In this document: one piece after another, positions 38,364 to 47,154 of the stretch
Layout: each line of letters begins with the position of its first letter
Numbering within the stretch: the first letter of the stretch is position 1
IMG/VR virus record: IMGVR_UViG_3300046467_000865
Coordinates: 1 to 64,000 of that record
Source: a virus
Lineage: Duplodnaviria; Caudoviricetes
DNA: 64,000 bases
Strand: one strand, 5' to 3'
Translations under genes and position numbers: made by a program
Notes under the pieces: model-generated
What the model was told of the DNA's origin: nothing
Seen by the model: the letters and a program-made list of their open reading frames with translations, nothing else
Databases searched by the model: none

Positions 38364-39002
38364 TTAAAGTTTAGCTAATATTGCGGATATAATCCTATTT
38401 CTAACTATATCATCGTCTGTCAATTCTACTATCCCTACTAAATTCGTTCCTTCTAGCTTATCAAGGCAATTCTCTAAGGCTCCTCTTGCCGCAGGTGGCA
38501 AGTCACTCTGGTCTATGTCTCCGTTCACGACCGCCTTAGATTTTCTACCTATACGGGTTATGAACATTTTAATTTGTTCATACGTTGTATTTTGGGCTTC
38601 GTCCAAGATCATAAAGCAGTTGTGAAAGTTTCTGCCCCTCATGTACTCCAGAGGAACAACCTCTATCGTGTCATCATCAAGAAACTTTTTTACCTGCGCT
38701 TGTGTCAGGTATAATTTCATTTCTTCTAGAATAGGTATCAGATACGGATGTATCTTCTCTTTAAAAGTCCCCGGCAAAAATCCCAACCCCGTTCTCCCAG
38801 ACTCAACAACCGGTCTAGTTATTATGATTTTTTGAACCCTTCCCTCTTTCAAATATTGACAAGCCAGCCCCACAGCTACGCTAGTTTTACCAGTCCCCGC
38901 TGGGCCTTCGCAGAATGTTATATCATTTTCAGATATAGCTCTTATGTATTCAGCTTGATTTGGGGTTTTTGGTTTTAGTGATCTCTTTGGGCCTCTTTTC
39001 AT
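38364..39002 (-). CDS. phoH: PhoH-family ATPase
   Basis: KTPNQAEY, GPAGTGKT, ITRP, LEYMRGR, LDEAQN, NGDIDQSDL. Confidence 0.94.
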   Translation of the reverse strand: MKRGPKRSLKPKTPNQAEYIRAISENDITFCEGPAGTGKTSVAVGLACQYLKEGRVQKIIITRPVVESGRTGLGFLPGTFKEKIHPYLIPILEEMKLYLTQAQVKKFLDDDTIEVVPLEYMRGRNFHNCFMILDEAQNTTYEQIKMFITRIGRKSKAVVNGDIDQSDLPPAARGALENCLDKLEGTNLVGIVELTDDDIVRNRIISAILAKL

Positions 39003-39013
39003 AGGTTTCTTTT

Positions 39014-39493
39014 CTATTTACCAGAACTACCAAAGCCTTGGTCACCACGCTCACTGTCATCCAAACTTTCCACTTCTCTAATAAAATAGTTCTCTACTTT
39101 TTGAATTAAAAGCTGAGCTATCCGGTCGCCTTCTCTGACTTCCAAGATCTCGCTATCTGAATTGTATAGACAAACCTTAACCTCTCCTCTATACCCAGAG
39201 TCAATAACTCCAGCAAAAACATCCACTCCATGCTTCACAGCAAGCCCTGACCGAGGCCAAATAAGACCAACGTGTCCCTTGGGTATAGCCATAGCAACAT
39301 CTGTGCTAATCAGTGATCTTTCCTTTGGGCGAATTAAAACGTTCTCAGAGGCGTATAAATCAAACCCAGCGTCAAAACGGTTCGCTTTGGATGGTAGCGT
39401 CCCTTTGTCCGATAGTAATTGAATCTCTAATCCCCCCACCTCGTCTGCCATAGCCATTTCGTCCTCCTCCACACATTGTTCTATAAAAAACAT
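39014..39493 (-). CDS. dut: dUTPase (trimeric)
   Basis: AGFDL, PRSGLA, GVIDSGYRGE, DRIAQL, RGDQGFGSSG. Confidence 0.96.
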   Translation of the reverse strand: MFFIEQCVEEDEMAMADEVGGLEIQLLSDKGTLPSKANRFDAGFDLYASENVLIRPKERSLISTDVAMAIPKGHVGLIWPRSGLAVKHGVDVFAGVIDSGYRGEVKVCLYNSDSEILEVREGDRIAQLLIQKVENYFIREVESLDDSERGDQGFGSSGK

Positions 39494-39508
39494 CTTATAT
39501 CCTATATC

Positions 39509-41692
39509 CTAGATAATTTCACACACGCCGCCAGCGCAGGCTAGCTCCTGCTCCGGGGTAGTGTTGTCCTGCTCTTCTATACACTTGGTGTAGTCTACAG
39601 GGGCGTAAGAGCCTTTAACGTCAACCCATTCTTTCCAGTTATAAACATCTTTCATACAGTAGGTTAACTTTTTAATATCTCCATCCATATATTTATCGGC
39701 AAACCTTTGACATCTGTCGGCCCACTCTTGTTTTCCATTGCCTTTTATTTTCTTGCCAAAACCTAACAACGAGTCACAAGCCGCCCATAAGTTATCTTCC
39801 CATAAATTTAGTGCCACTTCTATAAGTCCACTAACAAACATTGCGCCATCACCGTAGTGAGACACCATTTCACTGGGAAGATGCACTGTCGTGAAAGGAG
39901 CTTGAGGGTAATCCTTGTCGCCGCTAAGAGGAAGCAGGGAAACCCCGCAAAAATACTTTCTGTTCTTGTATATAAACTTTTCTACTGTTTCCCATTCTTC
40001 CGGTTTAACGTTGATGGTATTGGATACGTTGTGCTGTAGATAGGGTTGGGCGCAAAGGGCGTCTGTCCTCCCTATCATGACCCAGTTCTGCTGTGTACTT
40101 TTAACATATTCCAAAAGGCCAGTGGCTCCAATTTGATTCTTCAGTTTGGAGCCATCAGGGACTTCGATACAAAACGCTACAACATCGTCGCTGTCATTTG
40201 CAGACCACACAGACTCTTCACAGGCTCGTGGGTTCGTCTTCTTAAAGTGTTGATAGATATCTTCCATCTTGTTGGCCTGCACGCGCCTGATATATCTCTT
40301 GGCGTGGTGTGGGTGGATGCCCGAACTAGTTCCAAGAATACAAGAGGCTGTGCCTTCAGGCTTCACGCAGGTGGCCCTAGCGGCTTGATTGATACCAATC
40401 TTTTTGGCGATTTCTTTGTTGGCTTTCTTTACTTCTCTCGCCCCCTCTTTTTGTACATCAGGATCAAGACAAATATCGTGATTCTCCATGATTCCTGTCA
40501 TAGAAACACCCAACAAGGCTTCACGACGAAGGATCTTTTCGGTGGTTTCTCCCAGATACGCCATCTCGCTAAACCCAGCCTGTAGAGTTCCTATGATAGA
40601 CGCCGCTCTGCAAGATTCTAAGAACTCCTCTTTGGTCTTGATCTTAGCGCAATTAATTGTGCTTAGGTTGCATGCTTGCCAGCCAGTTTCACCAGTTTGA
40701 TCGTCAATGGGATAAAGCCCAATTTCAACGCAGGGGTTAACTACGAACTCTGTAGAATCCGCCCATACAAAGCCCGGTTCCCCGAACTCCTTGACCGACT
40801 CCATCAATGCCGTAAATTGTTCAGGGCTGGTCTTATCTCGGAGTAGGAGAGCAGAATTATTAGAGCGACCACGTTGAGGATTATCGTGAAACCAATTACC
40901 AGTCTTTGCCAGTGCCATCTCTTCATCATCTGGAGAGAAAAGACAAATCGTAGCACTTCTACGTACCCCACCACTAATAACAGCGTCAGCAGCATGCATA
41001 ACAACGTCGTAGACATCTATAGGTCTCAGTTTTCTAGTTGAAAATAACGCCTCCTTCAACGATCTATCTAAAACTTTCTTAATGTTTCCCAAGGCTTTCT
41101 TTAGAGGGTCAGGTCCGGGGGCTTTACCGGAGCTTGAGCTTAAATATGATCCGGCTGGTCTGATTTCTGAGAAGTCAAAGTTTACGGTCTTCCCTACATA
41201 TTCAGGAAACAGTTCGCAATCTTCAAAATAGCTGCTGACCAAAACACCAACAGCGTCAGACCATCCTTCTATTGTATCTGGGATGGTGAATTTCTTACTG
41301 CCCTCTTTCTTTTGAACCAGCTTCGGTAGCTTTTCTACATGATGCTTCTGAACAGAGAACCCTGTTCCACAACCACATAAGAGAAGATACATACACTCTT
41401 GGAAGAATCTTGGATGGTCTATGAATGAGGCGATGCAATTATAAATGCGAGCATTGTGTTTTAGAATGGGGGAGCCGCCAAACTGCAAGGCTCGCTGAGA
41501 GCCTAGGACTCTCTTCTTATGCATCATATCATAAGCCCACTCTATATCTTCTTTGGCGTCTGGATACGTCTCAAGCATCATTCCTTTTACGCGATCAACC
41601 GATTCTTTCCAAGTCTCTCTTCTTTTTTTCTCCGGTATCCATCTAGCGTATTTAGAAACAAATGTGTAGTTCTCTAATTCTTTTACAGACAT
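39509..41692 (-). CDS. nrdJ: Class II (B12-dependent) ribonucleoside-triphosphate reductase
   Basis: RRSATI, NPCVEI, CNLSTIN, CVKPEGTAS, C-terminal CAGGVCEI. Confidence 0.92.
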   Translation of the reverse strand: MSVKELENYTFVSKYARWIPEKKRRETWKESVDRVKGMMLETYPDAKEDIEWAYDMMHKKRVLGSQRALQFGGSPILKHNARIYNCIASFIDHPRFFQECMYLLLCGCGTGFSVQKHHVEKLPKLVQKKEGSKKFTIPDTIEGWSDAVGVLVSSYFEDCELFPEYVGKTVNFDFSEIRPAGSYLSSSSGKAPGPDPLKKALGNIKKVLDRSLKEALFSTRKLRPIDVYDVVMHAADAVISGGVRRSATICLFSPDDEEMALAKTGNWFHDNPQRGRSNNSALLLRDKTSPEQFTALMESVKEFGEPGFVWADSTEFVVNPCVEIGLYPIDDQTGETGWQACNLSTINCAKIKTKEEFLESCRAASIIGTLQAGFSEMAYLGETTEKILRREALLGVSMTGIMENHDICLDPDVQKEGAREVKKANKEIAKKIGINQAARATCVKPEGTASCILGTSSGIHPHHAKRYIRRVQANKMEDIYQHFKKTNPRACEESVWSANDSDDVVAFCIEVPDGSKLKNQIGATGLLEYVKSTQQNWVMIGRTDALCAQPYLQHNVSNTINVKPEEWETVEKFIYKNRKYFCGVSLLPLSGDKDYPQAPFTTVHLPSEMVSHYGDGAMFVSGLIEVALNLWEDNLWAACDSLLGFGKKIKGNGKQEWADRCQRFADKYMDGDIKKLTYCMKDVYNWKEWVDVKGSYAPVDYTKCIEEQDNTTPEQELACAGGVCEII

Positions 41693-41697
41693 TATTC

Positions 41698-41868
41698 CTA
41701 CTGTTTATCTTTGGAACCCTTGCTAGGGCGTTTCTTTTTTCTGGATTGATGAGGCCTATTCTTCATATACCATTCGTGCATTGCAGCGCCGTCTTGGAAA
41801 GATTTTTCTTTCCCGCTCGCTAGCTTAATTGTAAACGGTTTGTCCCTCTTATTTCCTCTAAGATTCAT
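41698..41868 (-). CDS. Small basic protein (56 aa)
   Basis: Hand translation MNLRGNKRDKPFTIKLASGKEK...; ATGA overlap with the nuclease stop. Confidence 0.5.
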   Translation of the reverse strand: MNLRGNKRDKPFTIKLASGKEKSFQDGAAMHEWYMKNRPHQSRKKKRPSKGSKDKQ

Positions 41869-42248
41869 TTGTCTTTAGTAGCCTTTCCAGACTCAACCAT
41901 GCGTTCAGACACGTCTTCTCCATCGACAAATAATCTGCCTAAGACCCTGCTGAAAGTAAAGTTGTCTTTAAGCTCTCCTTGTTCATCGGCTGGGATGAAG
42001 AGGGTGATCTTTTTTTGTTTTCTGGCCGCTAGGTCGTTATAAAAAACCTGCTTCAATAGATTGTTAAGGTACTTCTTAGACTCAATCCCCTTAACCTTTT
42101 CTTTAGCGTCTTTAGTGCGGGTTTCTGGCGCCCAGCAGTCAAGCAGTCTAACGCGAACCGTTCTCGTTATTGCTACGTCTACTGTGTCTCCATCAATAAC
42201 TCTTACGACTTTACAGTCGGTTGTTATCCCTCTTGGTGGTTCTTTCAT
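41865..42248 (-). CDS. Staphylococcal nuclease (thermonuclease) homolog
   Basis: RVIDGDT, VRL..CWAPET, RVLGRLFVDG. Confidence 0.82.
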   Translation of the reverse strand: MKEPPRGITTDCKVVRVIDGDTVDVAITRTVRVRLLDCWAPETRTKDAKEKVKGIESKKYLNNLLKQVFYNDLAARKQKKITLFIPADEQGELKDNFTFSRVLGRLFVDGEDVSERMVESGKATKDK

Positions 42249-42370
42249 TATAATACTTTTGTTAAATATGAGGGTTCTTTTTCTACTGTAATTGCTTCCA
42301 TTTTAATATCGCCGTTTTGTATTTCTAAATATAATTCCTCTCGCGTCTCAACCTCTTTTATTAAATCCAT
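42248..42370 (-). CDS. Small acidic protein (40 aa)
   Basis: Hand translation MDLIKEVETREELYLEIQNG...; TAATG coupling to the nuclease. Confidence 0.42.
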   Translation of the reverse strand: MDLIKEVETREELYLEIQNGDIKMEAITVEKEPSYLTKVL

Positions 42371-42393
42371 TATCCAAACCCTACAACCATAAC

Positions 42394-42402
42394 ATATTAT
42401 AC
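42394..42402 (-). promoter_or_regulatory. Putative promoter -10 element GTATAATAT
   Basis: Directly after the deaminase stop; ATG 5 nt downstream of TATAAT. Confidence 0.58.
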
Positions 42403-42403
42403 A

Positions 42404-42883
42404 CTACAAAAGACCGAAACACTCTTGAAAAAATTGTTTGTAATCGAAATCAAGATATGTGATTTCAAGGCCGTTTTCTATGAGGTGGTTGTAGACAATT
42501 TTATCTTCCTCTGTCTCCCCGTGAGCCTTAGACCCCGTTGGAACAAACCACTCCTGTATGCCGGTTTGCCAAAGCAGTTTTGCGCAATTGGCACAGGGCA
42601 GGTGAGTAATATACGTCTTGTAGGAATCAATCTGTTTTACAACTAAATTGCTTACAGCGTTAGCTTCTGCGTGTACAATGAATGGATATTTGGAAGGTCT
42701 AGTAGTGGGAAGACCGTCCTCTTTTACATTTGTACAAAACCCATTATAACCAACCCCAACAACAACGTTGGGGCTACCCACTATAACGCACCCAACCTTA
42801 GTTTGTGAGTCGTGACTTCGGATAGACACGTAATGCGCCATGCCCAAAAAATACTCATCCCAGCTTGGTCGGCTCTGCGACAC
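42404..42883 (-). CDS. dCMP deaminase family
   Basis: SWDEYF, KVGCVI, HAEANA, PCANC. Confidence 0.9.
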   Translation of the reverse strand: MSQSRPSWDEYFLGMAHYVSIRSHDSQTKVGCVIVGSPNVVVGVGYNGFCTNVKEDGLPTTRPSKYPFIVHAEANAVSNLVVKQIDSYKTYITHLPCANCAKLLWQTGIQEWFVPTGSKAHGETEEDKIVYNHLIENGLEITYLDFDYKQFFQECFGLL

Positions 42884-42962
42884 GTCTTTTTTGCCTCGCT
42901 TGTCTTCTAAGCTTCTGCTGACGCTTGTCTTTTTTGCTTTGTTTGCGGACTGTTTTACCCAT
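42855..42962 (-). CDS. Very basic peptide (35 aa)
   Basis: Hand translation MGKTVRKQSKKDKRQQKLRRQARQKRRVAEPTKLG. Confidence 0.4.
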   Translation of the reverse strand: MGKTVRKQSKKDKRQQKLRRQARQKRRVAEPTKLG

Positions 42963-42965
42963 ACT

Positions 42966-43337
42966 TTAAAACGCTCTTAAAGAGTACATAGCTCTAATAT
43001 CCTTTACTAAATCGGTGTGTCCCTGTTGTCTTATCACACACAGATCAAACTCTTCGTCTAATATTCTACCTACGTTGTCTGGCTTACACACCTTATAATT
43101 TCCTCGAAACCCCAATACTTTCGCGGCAACCGACAGCGTATTGACATCGCTTTTATTGATTTCTATGATCTTTTTAATACCATTAAAACCAAAACAGCCA
43201 TATTTATCATCAAGCTTTTTAAACAGGGCTACATCACTTAACAAAGCTTGCTTTTTTCCACCATGAAAACCAAAGTGGTTTATTATGCTATTTACTGGTT
43301 TGTCCCAGCTACCTAGCTCTACTTCTGTAGTGTGCAT
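42966..43337 (-). CDS. Hypothetical protein
   Basis: Coupled ORF. Confidence 0.5.
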   Translation of the reverse strand: MHTTEVELGSWDKPVNSIINHFGFHGGKKQALLSDVALFKKLDDKYGCFGFNGIKKIIEINKSDVNTLSVAAKVLGFRGNYKVCKPDNVGRILDEEFDLCVIRQQGHTDLVKDIRAMYSLRAF

Positions 43338-43785
43338 CTATCCTCCCAAGACCGGCGGCGTAATTAGGAATTTTAGAAGATGACATAATCGCTCCTTGAC
43401 TTTTGTCATAGATCTTAATAGTTCCATCTTCTAGTATATAAATACAATCTGCATTATGTATTGAAATCTGCTTGATATTGTCTCGATGCTGAACCAACTG
43501 ACGATACCCCTGCAAATGCCCTTGGAAGCTTAGGTTGCTTCTATAATAAACGGGCTGAGCTTGGATAGTCCATCCATGAGGAGTCCATACCCAAATCATT
43601 GGACGGGGTTGGTAAAACTGGTTGATGTATAAATGAGCAGACTGGTTGAGTCTATGTGTGTCAATGGAATGCTCAATGTTTCGGACAAAGATTTGAACAT
43701 CTGCGGCTTCTGAGCTTTCGACTCCAATAAAAGGGATGGTAGCCGCAACCAAAGCACCGATCTTTAAAAACCCTCTTCTATCCAT
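43309..43785 (-). CDS. Tat-signal secreted protein of unknown function
   Basis: MDRRGFLKIGALVAA..SEAA twin-arginine signal. Confidence 0.65.
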   Translation of the reverse strand: MDRRGFLKIGALVAATIPFIGVESSEAADVQIFVRNIEHSIDTHRLNQSAHLYINQFYQPRPMIWVWTPHGWTIQAQPVYYRSNLSFQGHLQGYRQLVQHRDNIKQISIHNADCIYILEDGTIKIYDKSQGAIMSSSKIPNYAAGLGRIDAHYRSRAR

Positions 43786-43787
43786 GA

Positions 43788-44699
43788 CTATACCTCTAAT
43801 ATTTCTAAACCGTGAACACAGTGTTTAATGTCTTCCTCTATCTGTAGATATTTAACATACTCACACTTATTCATGTCAAATACTAGCAAGCGAGCGGGAG
43901 ACGAACCTATTATAGCATAATTTCCACTTCTAGTCAACCCCCTATTCCAGTTATTTTCCGCGATCTTATCCGCTGAAAATTTAGCGAAACCCGCAGGTGG
44001 AACTGGAAAGAATGTTTGTTTCCCATCCTTGATAATTCCTATATGTTTTAAGCTCGTCATATTTATTAACAAGCAGTCGTCATACTCATAAAAATTGTGT
44101 TGAAAACTTTTTACCCCATTGATAGAGGGCATAGGTTCTACAACTTGCATAGTTTCAAAGTCATATAAATGTGTTATAAGCGCAGAAAAAACCAATCTAT
44201 CAGAAAAGGCAGAAATTGAGTTGATATGATATTTATCATCAGGTATAGCTTCTTCAGGATCTATTTGTCTTTTACCTGTGAATACCTTGTGGTCTTCTTT
44301 GCTTTCTCCTAAGATTTCCCAAAACTCAATAATGTTGAGGTCTAGGTCAAGCTTGACTATTGCGTCATACCCAGTAGACGTTACCCAGATATGACCATCA
44401 AAGTAACAAATTTCATGTATGGATTTGAAAAAATCTCTATCTTGTTTTTTGTTTATTATTTCGTAGGTTTGTTTGTCTAGCTCTATCAACCCACTGGAGT
44501 CAGCAACAAAGATTCTATCTTCCGCGACGGCAATCCCGCGCAAGCCTCTCTCACCGCCTCTCTCATTCTCGTTGTCGAACTCTCCCACATACGGGATATA
44601 TTTTATGATTTCATCGTTGTCAACGTCAACAACATATAGGCCACCATGTACGGAGCCTTTTTCAGCGGCTCGTATAACTGTCGAGCAAATTACTTTCAT
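43788..44699 (-). CDS. Beta-propeller protein (DUF4915/TIGR03032-like)
   Basis: Repeated beta-strand blades; YHINSI, QHN and WNRGL motifs; paralog of 1..528. Confidence 0.6.
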   Translation of the reverse strand: MKVICSTVIRAAEKGSVHGGLYVVDVDNDEIIKYIPYVGEFDNENERGGERGLRGIAVAEDRIFVADSSGLIELDKQTYEIINKKQDRDFFKSIHEICYFDGHIWVTSTGYDAIVKLDLDLNIIEFWEILGESKEDHKVFTGKRQIDPEEAIPDDKYHINSISAFSDRLVFSALITHLYDFETMQVVEPMPSINGVKSFQHNFYEYDDCLLINMTSLKHIGIIKDGKQTFFPVPPAGFAKFSADKIAENNWNRGLTRSGNYAIIGSSPARLLVFDMNKCEYVKYLQIEEDIKHCVHGLEILEV

Positions 44700-45633
44700 T
44701 GAACCAGCCTATTGTGTTTTCTAGACCTTCCTTCAGACCCACGACCGCTTTGAATCCAAAAGAGGATTCCGCCATACTTGTATCTAAACATCTCCTCGGC
44801 TGTCCGTCTGGTTTAGCTGAGTCAAATATGATCTCTCCTTGATAGCCAACTATTTGACCTATAAAAACGGCTAGCTCTTTGATTGTTATTTCTTTTCCGG
44901 TCCCTATATTTACGGGGTAGGGATCGTCATATTGTTCTAGAGCCATGACAATTGCATCAGCGCAATCATCTACGTATAAAAACTCCCTACTGGCGTTGCC
45001 GCTGCCCCAGACTACTACTTCTTTGTCGTTATTGGCTTTTGCCTGTTTAAACTTGAGTATCAGAGCGGGTATTACATGACTGCTGTTTGGGTCGAAGTTG
45101 TCGCCGGGGCCATACATATTAACAGGGATTAAAGTTATCCCATTTAAGCCGTATTGATTTCTGTATGCCTGAAGCATCTCCATCAGAGCTTTTTTAGCTA
45201 CTCCATACGGAGCATTCGTTTCCTCTGGATACCCATTCCATATATCAGACTCTTTAAATGGGACGGGTGTGAATTTTGGATAAGAGCAAACCGTGCTGGT
45301 AAGTAGAAACTTTTTGCAATTATGTTTTCTTGCTTCTTCTATCAGATTAAGACCCATAGCCATGTTGTCGTAAAAAAACCTTCCGGGGTTCTCTTTATTC
45401 GCTCCAATACCACCAACCCTAGCAGCTAAATGCACCACTATATCAGGTTTATGACGGTAAAATAAATTCGCTACATCTACATGCCTAGTCAGGTCAAGAG
45501 ACATTGGCGCGCGAGAACCCGGAAGGTCTATTACGTTAGCGTATCCAGAAGACTTTAGTTGATTGCAGACAACTCTTCCTAAAAAACCTTGCCCACCCGT
45601 AACAACAATCCTATCCGTCTTCTTGATTTTCAT
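44662..45633 (-). CDS. fcl: GDP-L-fucose synthase
   Basis: TGGQGFLG, LAARVGGIGAN, CSYPK, YGVAKK, NMYGPGD, HVIPALI, SREFLYVDD, DGQPRR. Confidence 0.93.
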   Translation of the reverse strand: MKIKKTDRIVVTGGQGFLGRVVCNQLKSSGYANVIDLPGSRAPMSLDLTRHVDVANLFYRHKPDIVVHLAARVGGIGANKENPGRFFYDNMAMGLNLIEEARKHNCKKFLLTSTVCSYPKFTPVPFKESDIWNGYPEETNAPYGVAKKALMEMLQAYRNQYGLNGITLIPVNMYGPGDNFDPNSSHVIPALILKFKQAKANNDKEVVVWGSGNASREFLYVDDCADAIVMALEQYDDPYPVNIGTGKEITIKELAVFIGQIVGYQGEIIFDSAKPDGQPRRCLDTSMAESSFGFKAVVGLKEGLENTIGWFNESNLLDSYTSR

Positions 45634-45642
45634 TGCTAGCCT

Positions 45643-45816
45643 TTAAGAAGATCTTAGACTGTCCCCAACAATCCAAGCGCCGCCCAGAAGAACAATATTG
45701 TTCACCTGATCTGGGTTTAGGTCAAAACCTAAGATATTGGTGGTGGTTACAACAATACCGCCAACGGCGACCCAAAATCTTCGGGATTTAAGTAGTGGTG
45801 TGATTTTCTCTAGCAT
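45643..45816 (-). CDS. Holin-like small membrane protein (57 aa)
   Basis: Not in ORF track; MLEKITPLLKSRRFWVAVGGIVV...VNNIVLLGGAWIVGDSLRSS; GGAG SD; KSR.FW motif typical of small phage holins. Confidence 0.58.
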   Translation of the reverse strand: MLEKITPLLKSRRFWVAVGGIVVTTTNILGFDLNPDQVNNIVLLGGAWIVGDSLRSS

Positions 45817-45854
45817 TCTTCTAACTCCATAAAAAAAGTAATACGAAATCCATT

Positions 45855-46199
45855 TCAGAGAGGTCCGTCCTTAGTTAGCGTATATTCCGTATTAGGTGAC
45901 CCTGCATTTGAACAAGATGGACACATGGCAATTTTTTGGGCCTTATGCATTTCAAGTTGGTGTTGAATTTTTAAAGCTTGTTGAAGTATGACGGTGTCCC
46001 TCATGACTGCTTGCCTATTAGAATTATTAATAGCGGAGGCTAAAGCCGCAGTCTCGGTAAGCGACTTGGGAGAAGCCGACACATTCGATTTTTTAGGAAG
46101 CACTTCAAAGTAGTATACGGTCAGACCTATATTGACTATTGTGCAAACTAAAAAAGCTATAAATATGCTATTTGCGCTTGATCGCATTTTTTTCACCAC
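45855..46199 (-). CDS. Single-pass membrane protein
   Basis: IFIAFLVCTIVNIGLTVYYF TM, helical region, CPSC. Confidence 0.58.
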   Translation of the reverse strand: MVKKMRSSANSIFIAFLVCTIVNIGLTVYYFEVLPKKSNVSASPKSLTETAALASAINNSNRQAVMRDTVILQQALKIQHQLEMHKAQKIAMCPSCSNAGSPNTEYTLTKDGPL

Positions 46200-47115
46200 T
46201 TCTTAGAGGAAGCACTGGGAATTTAACAGAGTCTTTAGTGACCTTAGTACCGGGCGTAGTTTTAGACCTTGGCCCTTCTGCTGATAAGGTTTGAAGCTCT
46301 TTAATAGAGGGGACTTTAACGTCTGTGTCAATAGCCCACAAAACACCCTCTGCCTTAGCGTAGGCTCTCATTCTCCTTACGGGAACGACCAGATTAAAAG
46401 TCTCACCAGCGCCTCGCACAAGCATTCCGACATACTGACCCGCCTTTTCCTTGCTACGTTCGCTAAGGAATACTCCACCACCACTGGACCCCGGAAAAGC
46501 CGTCACTGTGGTTTGATCGAAGACTACACCATCTCCAGTCCCCAAGTCAAGAACTCTTCCAACTTGAGAGCAAATCCCTCTCGTCATCGAGTTACTGCCT
46601 ACTTGGCCTAGTAAAGAGCCGACATGATATAGCTCAGTACCAATAGCTACTGGTTTACCTGCGTTCTTGTAGAAAGTGGTGCTCTTGTCAACAAAACCTT
46701 TCTTTCTAACCATCAAGAGAGCCAAGTCTTCTCCGTTTTCAGCATCGGAGTATTTAATTACTTTGGCTTCCATCTTGAACTCGCCAACACGGCGGCCATC
46801 CTCAACCAATTCTTTAACAATTTGAGCGTCCTTGAACTCAACAATTGTTTGAGGCTTTCCATCTTTGATGACAATTCTAACCGATCTAAGGCCATCAACA
46901 ACATGCGCTGCCGTCCAGACAAAATTAACCTTCTGCTTGACGTTTGGAGAAGTTTCGACCTCCCTCGTTACAATAACACCAGAGCCTTCTCCACCCGCCG
47001 CCTTTACGGTGACGGAAACGTCTTGCAGATGTTGATAGAGTACATTGTCCTGTGCATTTGTAGTTGTAACAAACATGGATACAACTAGCGTAGCTATCCA
47101 CATAACCTTCATCAT
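46168..47115 (-). CDS. Secreted trypsin-like (S1) serine protease
   Basis: Signal peptide; TAAHV (His), EDLALL (Asp), PGSSGGG (Ser). Confidence 0.87.
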   Translation of the reverse strand: MMKVMWIATLVVSMFVTTTNAQDNVLYQHLQDVSVTVKAAGGEGSGVIVTREVETSPNVKQKVNFVWTAAHVVDGLRSVRIVIKDGKPQTIVEFKDAQIVKELVEDGRRVGEFKMEAKVIKYSDAENGEDLALLMVRKKGFVDKSTTFYKNAGKPVAIGTELYHVGSLLGQVGSNSMTRGICSQVGRVLDLGTGDGVVFDQTTVTAFPGSSGGGVFLSERSKEKAGQYVGMLVRGAGETFNLVVPVRRMRAYAKAEGVLWAIDTDVKVPSIKELQTLSAEGPRSKTTPGTKVTKDSVKFPVLPLRSGEKNAIKRK

Positions 47116-47154
47116 CAGAGTCCTTCCTTTAAGTCTTAGTATATACAGCAGCAG

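Noticed and set aside
3319-40585. Long plus-strand ORFs (e.g. 3319..3834, 25684..26190, 26826..27332, 31571..32128, 32437..32886, 40046..40585)
   Set aside because: Antisense shadows of well-supported minus-strand genes with no recognisable motifs
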